Source: Asterias rubens (taxonomy: Eukaryota). Taken from it: a stretch of DNA of 64,000 bases. Positions 33,239 through 44,707 of the stretch are shown here, one piece after another (position 1 is the first letter of the stretch; each line of letters starts with the position of its first letter). The stretch is taken from NCBI RefSeq assembly GCF_902459465.1, contig NC_047068.1:6510001-6574000 (forward strand), read 5' to 3'. Below the pieces are notes generated by a model. The model ran no database searches. It had not been told where the DNA came from and saw only the letters and a program-made list of their open reading frames with translations. The translations under genes were made by a program, and so were the position numbers.

Positions 33239-36200
33239 TGGCCACTGTTGATAGACAGTTGCCATGATGGGCGGGGCTTAATAATTTTTTCTCTAAGTCT
33301 AACGGGGTCGATTTGACAATGTGTTTGTTTTGTCCAATCATAAACTTCAAAATTCATCAAGTAATTTACCAATATTTCAAAATTAAATGTTTCACATTCT
33401 TATCTTTAAGAATACTTCATGGTCCTGTGGGTAAACCAAAACAATTAATACCATTCTCAATAATATAATTTAATTTAATAAAAGCAATTAATATTTCAAA
33501 TTAAATAAAAAAGAAGCTCTGAAAACAAAATGGGAGAAGCAATTTCACAAACCAGAAAAAAAAACTTTAAAATCATTTCGTTACTTAAAGAAGCTATGTA
33601 AGTTACTTTTAGTAATTAATCACACATGCCACACAAATTAAAATTATCCAGCCAATTTCAAATGATTCAAATGACAAAAAGAGTCATTAAATATTTCATA
33701 AAGAAACAAAATCAATCTTTTGAAGATAAAACGTCGCTTCAGAAATTATGATTTAACATAATTTCAATTTTAAAAGAAGATAGCACCCCCTATGACAATG
33801 AATATTTTGCCAAACTTGTTGCTGGGAAAGAAAGTCGAAAACACACACCCATTTGTACTAGTTTTATTGCTTTGAATTAAGAAGAACAAAATCCGACTGT
33901 TGTTTCTCCATGTGGAACAAATAAACTGAATACAACACCGCTGGCCAGCACCAAGGGATTGCACAACCCTAGCATTGGTAACAAAATGTATCACTTTATT
34001 GGTACTGTTGACTATTATGTATTTGAAAAGATTGTTAGCATAATAATCGAACAAATTGTGCAAAATATATGCTAGGTGGCTTTTTAAGTGTTACAATTTA
34101 TTTCAAAACCAGGGAGTGTGTCAAAGAAATGCTAAAAAGCAGAAAATATTGCTGAACATCATTCTGCTAAGTTAAAATGAGCGGTATACCGGTCACAAAT
34201 TCTACATGTGACATGGTAGTTTGGCTGGTAACCCTACTCTGGTAAGCACAATTTTGTTGTGTTAAGCTACATTTTATGCTTCAGGAGCTCTATGAAATTT
34301 GTGGCACAGAGCTATTAATCTAATGTCTCAAAAACACTTTCACAATTTCTGATCCCGAAGTGTTTCTCTAATCTCGTCAATTAGTATAGAACTGGCCACA
34401 CACCAAGCCCAAAAACACCTTTTTATTATGTGGTTCAAAACAGATTCCTCCACCGGAAATTAAAATTCATTAGAATAAGAGGACGAGAGAAACAGAAATG
34501 AAAAGAATTTTTTTAACTATAATTAATTTTAAAAAGTAATTCATTACGTGTAAAAACTTTCACTCTATTCACTGTGTAGCTCTGTTCACAAAATGTAGTA
34601 AACATAGTTTAGTTTTACTGGGGAAAAAATGGCAACATTGCCATGGCATAAATTATTCACACGTTCCAATTTTGGGAAACATGCATTTTGTGTAGTCACA
34701 ATTCTATTAGTAGAAATAATTAATTCATTCATTACAACCACCACCATGTACTTGCCGACAGGAAGAGGTCACAGCTATTGATAGGGTACCATTGCACTTC
34801 AACAATGTGCAGGGTACCAGCATAATTAATACTCCGTTATTTTTTTTCTGAAAATCAGTCTCAGAGGGAAAAAATAAACATTGTGCGCTTTCAGCAAACT
34901 CTATAGACACAGATTTACTTTAAATTCCAAAGTAACATAGCTAAAATACTATTAATTAGTTATTGCCCTTACACCAATGTGTAATAAGCACTGTATATTC
35001 AGAACTTTCCCGACTCCTGTGAAAAAAACTCCAATCAGAATATCACTGGGAAAAGGAATTGAACTCACAACCTTTGACTTAGAGCAGATGTATGACGAAA
35101 AGACCACCGAGCTGGGCCTGGTGGCAGATTGAATCCCATATATGGAAGAAAAAACCCACATAATACTCTTTATTACCGATGCATAGCTAATGGGGTTGAG
35201 AAGCATTGTTGACAAAATGGCCTAAAACTTGGATCCAGATATTTTTGGGGGTGTTGAAAAAGTAGATTTATAACACATTGTTTAAAAGATTACTTGTGTG
35301 CTACCAAAGTGGTCTTGAAGCATGCACTACAGTTTGTTGCCTCAATGCCTCAAAGTTGCATGCAAAAGTTGCCTTGTGTTTGCATATTGCTCTGATAATT
35401 ATACCCATGAAAAATAACAGCGCCTGGACTGGGGAGAAATTCCATCCCCCTATAGCAGTTCAAACCAAGAGCATCTCTACAATAAAGGGCTCATGTGTGA
35501 AATGTTGTTTCACCTCCCAACACTTTGTTCCTTCCAAAAATGTGTGTGCTTTTGATCATGTTCATTAATTCAAACATGTTCATTTTCTTCTTCCAAAATA
35601 CTTCTCGATAACAGTGTACACAAACTATGTATGTGTAAATCTTCTGTTATTTCGAAGAAAAAAATAAAAATAAAAACAACATTAACGACAAAGCACCTGG
35701 ATATACATTATACCTAAACATCATAGAATTCTATAAATATAACTTTGGACTTGAGGTAAGCATTCATTAAATGGCACACTTGGTTGGAAGTCTGTATTCT
35801 ACAGTAAATGATAACGATAAATGATCCATGGTTGTCAGTCACTTGAACACCACGCTTGCCAGTTCTGAAGTATCAGTGAGTGTTGCTGTTCTACCACAAG
35901 CCAAATGGATAAAGAAAGCTGTTATATTTTAATAGTTTGTGTCACTCACAACTCAAACAGAGATTATTTTCATGCACATACTGCAAATCTTACTAGATTG
36001 TATCTCCTAAAAAATCTCCACCCTGTTAAGTTTCAAATCCAGCCTTACACTTGTGGAAATAATTTGATGACAATCGAAAACCATTAGATCATTTACTTTG
36101 ATGGTTATGCACTCTGATATGAAAACATCCAATATTAATTAAATAATCAAAACAAGACATCCATAATTATTTCCTTATTTCTTTTGATAAATTCTGAAGT

Positions 36201-36565
36201 AAAAAAAAAAACGATTCAATTAATATCAAATTATCTTTTGATAATCATAAAAACACTCAAAATTTACCATCATCACTGGTAAACTTTCTACAACAAGAAA
36301 AATCATGCATTTATCCAATTTCTGAGCCAGAGTTTATCAGAGTGCACAACCATTCGGCCGAGTTCACAGAGCTGGGGCCAGTTTGCATGGAAACGCTTAC
36401 CACAAAGTATATGCTTAGCATTAACATGCTACTAGCCAACATACAATTTGTTGTATACAGGTCGAGACTGGTGCCCTGCAGTTTTTTTTAACTTGGCAGA
36501 TAAATAATCAAGCAACTTTTTTTGCTTAAGAGGCCATTTTCAACACTACGGCTTGGTCGTTTGGA

Positions 36566-37090
36566 GTCCGATACCTAATTAGGACGTTTTTAAAGGCGGG
36601 CACCAACTGTTTGAAGTCCGATACCTAATTAGGACGTTTTTAAGGGCAGGCACCAACTGTTTGAAGTCCTCTACCTAATTAGGACGATTTTAAGGGCGGG
36701 CACCAACTGTTTGAAGTCCGGTACCTAATAAGGACGATTTTAAGGGCGGGCACCAACTGTTTGAAGTCCGATACCTAATAAGGACGTTTTTAAGGGCGGG
36801 CACCAACTGTTTGAAGTCCGATACCTAATAAGGACGTTTTTAAGGGCGAGCACCAACTGTTTGAAGTCCGATACCTAATAAGGACGTTTTTAAGGGCGGG
36901 CACCAACTGTTTGAAGTCCGATACCTAATAAGGACGTTTTTAAGGGCGGGCACCAACTGTTTGAAGTCCGATACCTAATAAGGACGTTTTTAAGGGCGGG
37001 CACCAACTGTTTGAAGTCCGATACCTAATAAGGACGTTTTTAAGGGCGGGCACCAACTGTTTGTAGTACGATACCTAATAAGGACGTTTT
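36566..37090. repeat. 50-bp tandem array, 10.5 units
   Basis: Unit GTCCGATACCTAATAAGGACGTTTTTAAGGGCGGGCACCAACTGTTTGAA, starting at 36566, 36616 ... 37066. Confidence 0.96.
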
Positions 37091-37605
37091 CAAACAAATC
37101 TGGTCATCAGATGCTGCTCAACAACTTTCGTCTTTGGTGAGCCAAGAAATGAGTGGGGCACCAGTGGCAACAGTCTAAACTTTATGGAATGTTGGCTAGT
37201 AGCCTGTTTCTCCTTTTCTGTGCTAACAGGCTATTAAAAGTGGGCCCTTTGTCAAATTTCATGAAGTCTGTAAGCAAAAAAAAAATGCTAAGCACAGGTC
37301 AGGAAAATCTTGCTTAGGAAAAACATTCCATGAAGTTTACACTGTTGCGACTGGTGCCCACTCAATTTGTGCTAGGCAGAGAATTTTGTCAAGCGGCATT
37401 TCCTGCTAAACAAGAAAATGGGCTCTGGTCTTTTTGTTAAGCAATTCTTTCTGCTTACCAGCTCTATGGACACAAACCATCGATATCTTCAAAGTGGAAG
37501 GAGAAAAACACACACACTCTTCACATGATATAATCTGTAGGATATTTCTGCTATAGATTCTTCTTTATAGTTTTTAAATAGATATATGTTATTGGCTGGC
37601 CTGTG

Positions 37606-40600
37606 TTATGTTGTGTCTTGGTTGCACATCATATAGGCTAGCTGCTCTTTCTCCAAGTCCATTGGCTCAAAATCTGTAAATGGAGAAGGAACAGGGAATA
37701 AAACGTAAGATAAGGTTAAGAAATATCAAGACATAAGCCACAATGAACTCTTACTCTAATGGTAAATTATTTATAACTAGTTTGGGAAAATAGAATTGGC
37801 TATTGCAAGCAACTTTACCGACTAAACGGACTGATGTATAAACGCAAAAAATAGTTAACAGCCTGATGTTTTTCAACCCAAGCAGAGTATTTCTGTTATT
37901 GAAGGCTAGACTCTGCTAGGGTCGAAATGTCAGGCCATTAACTTTTTTTTTTGCAATTAATTTGGTGTTAAACAAAGACAAATTTACCGTAGCAAGGTTC
38001 GACTCTTCGGCCTCTAGATTAACGTCATTACTGTCATGTGGGGTGGCCGAGCGATTTAGTGCATTGGACTCTGGTAGTCATCAGGGTGTGGGTTTGAATC
38101 CCAGTCATGACACCTTTGTCCTTGAGCAAGTCCCTATAATTGCTTCTCGTCAGGGGGTAAATAGGTATCGGTGAGGACAGAGATGGTTCTTGTGATTGAT
38201 TTAGTTTGGTGCGCTACATACTTGGCAGCACAGGCTGTATACTCCCCATGGAGCTGAGATGGTTTAAGGAATGTAATAAAGGCCCAGTGACCAGAGGTTA
38301 TAATGTTGGACGCCATGAGCATCAATGAGTGACCCATTTGACATCAAACTGTTTGGATCTGAATAAAATTGGTATGCCTGAAACCCAGTAATAATCAATT
38401 GTTATTATCTATGTTCACTCAACAACAAAATGTTTAGAATTGGATAGGATCAGTTTGCTTGGCCCAGTGATAATCAATTGTTATTTGGATCGTCAGTCCT
38501 CAATCCTCCACAATCCTCTACTCTATGGTCACAAGTTGGTCATTCAACACCAAAATGTTTGGAAATGGATAGGATTGGTATGCCCTGGTATGCCAGACCC
38601 AGTGATTAACAAAATTGTTAGTTCCATGGTTCGGCCTAGGGTCCTCAACTGTCCACCATCCTCTACTTTAAGGTCACTCAACAACAACATATTTAAAATT
38701 TGATAGGACTGGTATGCCTGGCCGAGTTATAAGCAATTGTTAGTTCGACCTACAGTCCTCAAACCTCAGCAATTGTAGTTGGTTTTTTGAGGATTTGGAA
38801 GGGTAAGGAATATTATGGGAAGAAAAAACTATTAACAAAAGTCAAACTTTCAATCGGAAAGATGGATCTTACTTTGAAAAACTGGGTGTTCTCTTTTGTC
38901 CAGGTACTCAACAGTCGATGTCTCACCGTCAGCTGTGGAATTCAAATCAAATATATTTAGTATCATTGTCTAGTTGGTAAGACACTGCTCTAGAATTGCA
39001 AAGATCATCGGTTCGAATCCCACTCATGAATGTGGATCTTTTTTGACAGAACTCGGGAATGAACTAAACAAAATAATATAACTCTTCTGAAAGGAACAGT
39101 TGACACAATAGAGGATCTTTGCTGATTAAGGAACTGAGTGGCTTTACAAACTCACTTAAAACAATAAAATTAATCAGTTAAGCTGTAACTCTTGATATTG
39201 ATGAACTGGAGATCAATTTTGTAGATTTCAAGAATGTCTCAGTTTTGAACCTTTAGGTCTAAGTGTCAAACACTGTTGGGGTGGTAGTGTAGGGATGATT
39301 AAATGACTTACGTCTTCTTTGTTGCTTTGCTTCTTCAATTTCTCGTTTTGTTCTCAACCATGCTGAAATCAACAATACACACAGTAATTTATTCTCTAAG
39401 CTCTTTGTTCTCTGCACATTGTACCATTATAATAATTGCTCCTGTACAGCACTCATAACAGGCGGATACTCTGGGTAATATTTCATGGCTCTGCAGACCT
39501 TTGAATTCTGCAGTGAAAGTACATAGAATTGTGACTTTACAGGTCGTCAGACGTGCAGAATTCTGAGGTGAGCAGAGCCATGAAATTGGACCCAGATAGC
39601 CTTGCAAGCCTGCTACCTTTTTTTTTAGTTACTTATTATTATTATTTATTTGACAACTCACATAAAAATACAAAACTACAAATAGTTTATACGAAAAGGA
39701 TAAAACTCTTTAAAACAATAAATATATAAATATATACATCTACTTTGATAAACTACAACAAGAAGTATATGTAGGTCACTGTATTTTTTTTTTGTAAAAT
39801 CAGACAGAAATAGAAACATCCCACACAATAAGCATGATCCTATAAATAGCAGTTTCCTATAGCCTTGGCCAATCTTTGTGAAGCCGTTTTAAAATAGAAC
39901 ACAAGCTTACTCAGCGCAGTAAAAGACTTTGATTAGCAACAACAGCTTACCAGCCAAAATGCCATGTGATGTGACTCACTTGTGGCTGGTTCCACACTGG
40001 CTGCTGCTTAGCGAATACATTCACTAACCAATAAACGGTAACTATAGGAAATTCGGCCCTGCAGGAACTGTTACAAAGATCAATGTGTCATATCCTAATA
40101 GAGTTTAGCATGCGTATGTCTCATTCTGAGGCTTTCCTTAACAGAAACTGCCGTAGAATGATTTTGTGACGTTCAAAGCAGGAACAGTTAGATTGTTCTA
40201 ATGCCTGTGATTTTTTCACAGAACTAGGGAAAGTAAAGGGAAAGAGTATACATAATGAATAGAGTTTTGTTTACTGTTTCATTAGCACTTATACCTTTTG
40301 TACCAGACCAAGGCTCCCTTCACACTATTTCATGCTTGCCCTCTGTAAAAACTTTTATAAGAGAACGATTTTGTCGTCAGGAACTCCGACAAAATTTAGC
40401 ATTGTTTGAGAATATTTTCCAAGGGACATCGGAGAGCAGCACGAAAGTTGCTGTTCTTTCACACTAGCTGTCTTTTTTTCAAACATTTCCCAACCATGCT
40501 TAAATTTAGCAAGGCAGAAGGAACAATTGCTAACATGCTCTAGTTTGAAAAGGAGTTTTGTCATTTTATGAGAGACTGAAATTTGAAGGCATTCGCAGGT

Positions 40601-43154
40601 TATTGAAAACTACAAGATAGAAAAAACTTGGCATATATATAATATTAATAATAACATTTAAAATGCACGTCTGTCATAAATGAGACCCATGGTGCCGATT
40701 TATTTAATGTGGTGGTAATTAATTGTTAAGAATGACTTTACGAGACAAAGCAACATACAACGCCTTGAGAGGCCTTGACACAAGATGAGGTGTTTATTAC
40801 AACATGGAGGTAGACCTACATGATTACAATACAAGGCAAGGCAGGTGAATCTTAATACGTTAAAAATGCAATAAAAAAACCTCCCCTAAATTTGTTTAAT
40901 TTGTTCAGATTTAAATTAGGCCATGACCTCACTGAGGATAAAATGGTACTCAGGAAGTCAAGTTGTAATTTCAGTTTCCTGTTGTCAAACAGTCCGGAAA
41001 CTATTAAAATTCCAATCTAAAAAAACAAATTATTTCACCCAGTCCTAGACAGAAATGACTTGAAGCAGGATGTTGGATAACATCATCAATTTTGACCCAA
41101 GGACTTTTATGTTTTAAAACTTACTAGCATTAGCAAATGTTATTGGGTTTTTTTTAGGGGGGGTGGTCACCCAAAGCATAACCGCCAACTTAAAATAAAT
41201 GTAATTAAACCTATGTTTAAAAAAGATTCCCCCAAAAATTTAATACTGATAAAAATACACAGTTAAAGGGAAGGTACATGTTTGGTAATTACTCAAAACA
41301 AATTTAACTTAAAAACTGACTTGGTAACGATCATTGGAGAGCTGTTGATATAGTTTAAAACATTCTGAGAAACAACTCCCTCTGAAGTAGCATAGATTTT
41401 GAAACAGAAGTTATATCACACTAAAATAATAAAAGACTCTTAGCTAGAAGTCTTTTATTCCTATCTGAAAGCACACAAATTCGTCCAACAAGGGTGTTTT
41501 TTTGTTCCATCATTTTCTCCCAACTCCGATGACCAATTAGGCTCAAATTTTCACAGATTTGTTATTTTATGCATGTTGAGATACACAAAGTGAGAACACT
41601 GGTCTTTGACAATTACCAATTTCAGCTGATTTTGAAGTGAAACAGAGAATTAGTGGATTTCTTTTTCTCTAAAGTAATCGAATGTTTTGTCTCACCCTCG
41701 TTGAGCATTCTGACTTTTTCGATGTGAACTGGCGTCAATTGATCTCCAGGTACACCTGCATCCATGTTGGGTGAACGAGAGTGATGGCCTTGCCACTTGT
41801 CTGATAGAGTCTGACTGTGAAAAACTGGCTTCAATGAGCTATAACGAGTTGTGGTAAAACAAGAGCAACATTTCATAAGTAACAATTTATACAATTTTTA
41901 GTCAGTTCTCCCTTTTTGCAATGCTTAACTGTTGTGCAAACACTGATGTACTTGAAAAGCGAAACTTAACCTAAGATTAATCCTAAGTTAGGATAATTCT
42001 GGTGAAATCAACAGCAGGTATACATGTATGTGCTGTATTCCGAATCTGTGATGCAGGGAAATTCACTTCACCATGTTCACTCTCGCAAGAATTCACTGTG
42101 GTGCAAACACTGATGTAGGCTACTTTGAAGAAAAGCAGACGACATCAGTCAAATCCGTTTTTGGTTACTTGTAAGTTGTAAAGATCCTGCACTAACTTAT
42201 TTCCTCTTTTTTTTTTTTTTTTTTTTTTGGGGGGGGGGGGGTTCACAAGACCACATGTCGTAAATCAAAATGTTTACTGTACTGTTCCTGGCTAGAGATA
42301 ACATACAACTCAAAAACATTCTGCATCATTAAAAGTGTAATCAATAAAATATGCACAACATCAGACCAAAAACAGTGAAGCCTGTGAACACATAATAATC
42401 ATGCAAAAGCGAATGCAATGCGAATTACCTGATGCAAACAATCACTGGCATGATCAGGTCAGGTATGTGCCGTTTTCCAAATTGTGACGCAGGAAAATTC
42501 ACTTCACTCACGCAGTTCAAAAGAAGTGAGTGTAAGCTTATTTATGAACTAAATCGTCTATCTTGTTATTTCTCTTTAAAATTAATAAGGAATAGTTTCC
42601 GTATGGTGACACCACTTTTTCATTCGATATGAAATAAATTACATAGTATCTAATTTACCTCAACGAGATATCCCTTGGAATGTAAAGACGAGTGAAAAAG
42701 TGGTGGCGCCATACAGAAAGTTATCCCTCTTAAATTTAAAAATACCAATTTTGTAACATTTTGCTTTGGCAGTTTTCTAACATTCAATTGCTAAACTGGC
42801 ACTTTTCTTTTTACATGAATAAAAATTATTCCTGCAGACGGTGTACCTACCTCATTCCGTTTCCATTAAACTCTGGTCTTGTGTCTTTTGATTCGGTGCC
42901 TGGATCGAGTTGTTGCGTCAGAACTACGTTCAAGGAAAAAAGTTTACTTTTTCAACTTAACAAAATTTTACATTATTTCTATCATTTTGTGCTTGGAAAA
43001 CCTTGGAAAACTGGGAGACTTTCTACACAAAATGCAAAAGGAACAGGCTGTCATGTACAATTTGAGAGATGCAATTATATTTAATTATAATTGATAACTT
43101 ACCCCTTCTGTTATGGACGTTAAATTTGCTAGGACCTTGATGAACTTTGTACAT
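37606..43154 (-). CDS. MCRIP: MAPK-regulated corepressor-interacting protein (MCRIP/FAM195 family), ~148 aa
   Basis: Six coding exons, none called as this protein in the ORF track except the third: 43154-43103, 42923-42851, 41838-41696, 39362-39312, 38932-38873, 37673-37606 (447 nt), GT-AG, phases consistent. Protein MYKVHQGPSKF...LTPVHIEKVRMLNEAWLRTKREIE...VEYLDKREHPVFQNFEPMDLE...DTT*. It matches recalled MCRIP motifs MYTITKGPSK, HEENVRFxxEAW and EYVEKTPNPxLxNFxPIDL. Confidence 0.85.
38033..38330 (+). mobile_element. tRNA-derived SINE family 2, diverged copy
   Basis: GTGGCCGAGCG (A-box), GGTTTGAATCC (B-box), GTCCTTGAGCAAG central motif, GGCTGTATACTCCCC. Homologous to 48748-49101. Confidence 0.75.
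38968..39060 (+). mobile_element. SINE family 1 head fragment
   Basis: GTCTAGTTGGTAAGACACTGCTCTAGAATTGCAAAGATCATCGGTTCGAATCCCAC. Confidence 0.75.
41263..41620. mobile_element. Family A-related TTAA MITE (GGGAAGGTAC tip), right tip lost
   Basis: TTAAAGGGAAGGTACATGTTTGGTAATTACTC...GGTCTTTGACAATTACCAA. Confidence 0.75.
42576..42739. mobile_element. Small TTAA-ended TIR element
   Basis: Inverted arms TTTCCGTATGGTGACACCACTTTTTCA / TGAAAAAGTGGTGGCGCCATACAGAAA. Confidence 0.6.
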
Positions 43155-43731
43155 GTTGACTTGCAACTAAGAAAATCATTCCATCACACACTGCATCACA
43201 AGCCTACACAGAGCGCGAATCAAGCGAGTTATGGAATAGTTTTGCATTAGTTGCATGCATAACGCGTACATACGCTTGACGTAGTTAAATTAGTCCCATT
43301 TGCGTAACCATTTGCGCAGTGTGAAGGTCAGTTACAAGACTACGCAAAACAGACTAAAGACTGGTGCCTTTACACACTACGGTTAAAAAATACAACATCT
43401 GGAAAAGGTACCAGTCAAAGTATTCAAAAGAATCGATACTGAATTGCTGAATCTACTAATCGACTCTAGACTCATTATATAATGTGTTGGAATATTTTTC
43501 GATTAAAATTTGAACGGGATGGCGGTTTGGTATCGGCAAATTTCCTGTTGGTTATAAATATACTGGTGTAAAAAGATAATAAGCAATCGTCACTGAATAC
43601 ATTCATCTGGGTATTGGTTAAATCTGTTTATTGGGTGTATTTAAGATTGTATTTGTGAATGAAAATGCAATTTTGTTTTTGTTTTTTTGTAAACTCTTTA
43701 TATATTTAAAATTCACCAATTTTGGACGTTG

Positions 43732-43802
43732 GCACTGCTGGTGTAGTGGTATCATGCAAGATTCCCATTCTTGCGACCCGGGTTCGATTCCCGGGCAGTG
43801 CA
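43732..43802 (+). tRNA. tRNA-Gly (anticodon CCC)
   Basis: GCACTGCTGGTGTAGTGGTATCATGCAAGATTCCCATTCTTGCGACCCGGGTTCGATTCCCGGGCAGTGCA. Complete cloverleaf, fully paired acceptor stem, near-identical to the recalled vertebrate Gly-CCC gene. TATA-like stretch about 30 bp upstream. Confidence 0.96.
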
Positions 43803-43807
43803 CGGTA

Positions 43808-43813
43808 TTTTTT
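43808..43813 (+). terminator. Pol III terminator (T6) of tRNA-Gly
   Basis: TTTTTT starting 6 nt after the tRNA 3' end. Confidence 0.8.
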
Positions 43814-44215
43814 ATTCCGATCTCTAAAATCATAAATTTTAACGTAGGGGAAAATCCTTTTAGTTTTCACTAAACATTGCGTTCAAATTAGTTTCATCTT
43901 CGTGGAGGCACTTTTAGAGGGCAACGGTGCCCCTGTGGGGGAAAACAAGGATTTATATCTCATTTGTCTACAAAAAGTCATCTTATCTACCACCATGCTA
44001 AGTCAACCCGTGTTGAAAAACACTTTCAGATCCAGGCAGCAAAATTAAAATACAAATTTGAAAAACAATAACACATTTTTTTTGTTTAGCGGCTCACTCA
44101 AAAAGTCCCCATGGCGACACATTGTCCATCAAAAAAAATGAAAAGGTGTACTTCCTTCTTTCTGTGTACAATGTTTTTCTTTATGCCATGGCAAAAATTG
44201 CCCCCATGTTTTACC

Positions 44216-44479
44216 CGGATTAGAAGGCGTCGCGTCGGGTTTCAAAAAGACGAAGTGTCCAGGGTACGAAGTGGCAAAGGTACGAAGTGTCTGACATCCG
44301 ATTTGAGTGATCAATATTATTCTGGTCTCTTGATCAAAAAGTAAAGAAAACAAGACAATAAATCAATCAAAAAATCTCAAACATGAAGACATCCGCCCCA
44401 AACAATCGAACATCAACCACTGAGTAAATTGCTACAATCTTTGGTCTTTTTGAACCCCGACGCGACGCCTTCTAATCCG
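44216..44479. mobile_element. 264-bp TIR element with 3-bp ACC duplication
   Basis: CGGATTAGAAGGCGTCGCGTCGGGTTTCAAAAAGAC...GTCTTTTTGAACCCCGACGCGACGCCTTCTAATCCG; ACC at 44213-44215 and 44480-44482. Confidence 0.75.
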
Positions 44480-44707
44480 ACCTTGGAGTCTCTGATATTT
44501 CTGCCTCTGGTAACGACGCAGCTTGGACTCCTTTACCAGCCTAATCTGGAGACAGCCTAATCTGGATGTCCAGGATACGAAGTGGCAAAGGTACGAAGTG
44601 TCCTGACACCTTCAAATCGTGTCGATCTGCCTCCTTTTATCACGTTGAGGGCGCACTTTCACCGGCAGTAGGCAGCCATTTTTGTCAACCGGCACGCTCA
44701 GGAAAAG

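Noticed and set aside
36566-37090. CRISPR array (50-bp period)
   Set aside because: The whole 50 bp is repeated, with no unique spacers.
37895-37945. Further hammerhead-like remnants (here and ~51955-52000, ~29236-29280)
   Set aside because: They have a ...GTCGAAA(C/T)GTCA.G-type tail but no recognisable CTGANGA core or clean stem II; too degenerate to call.
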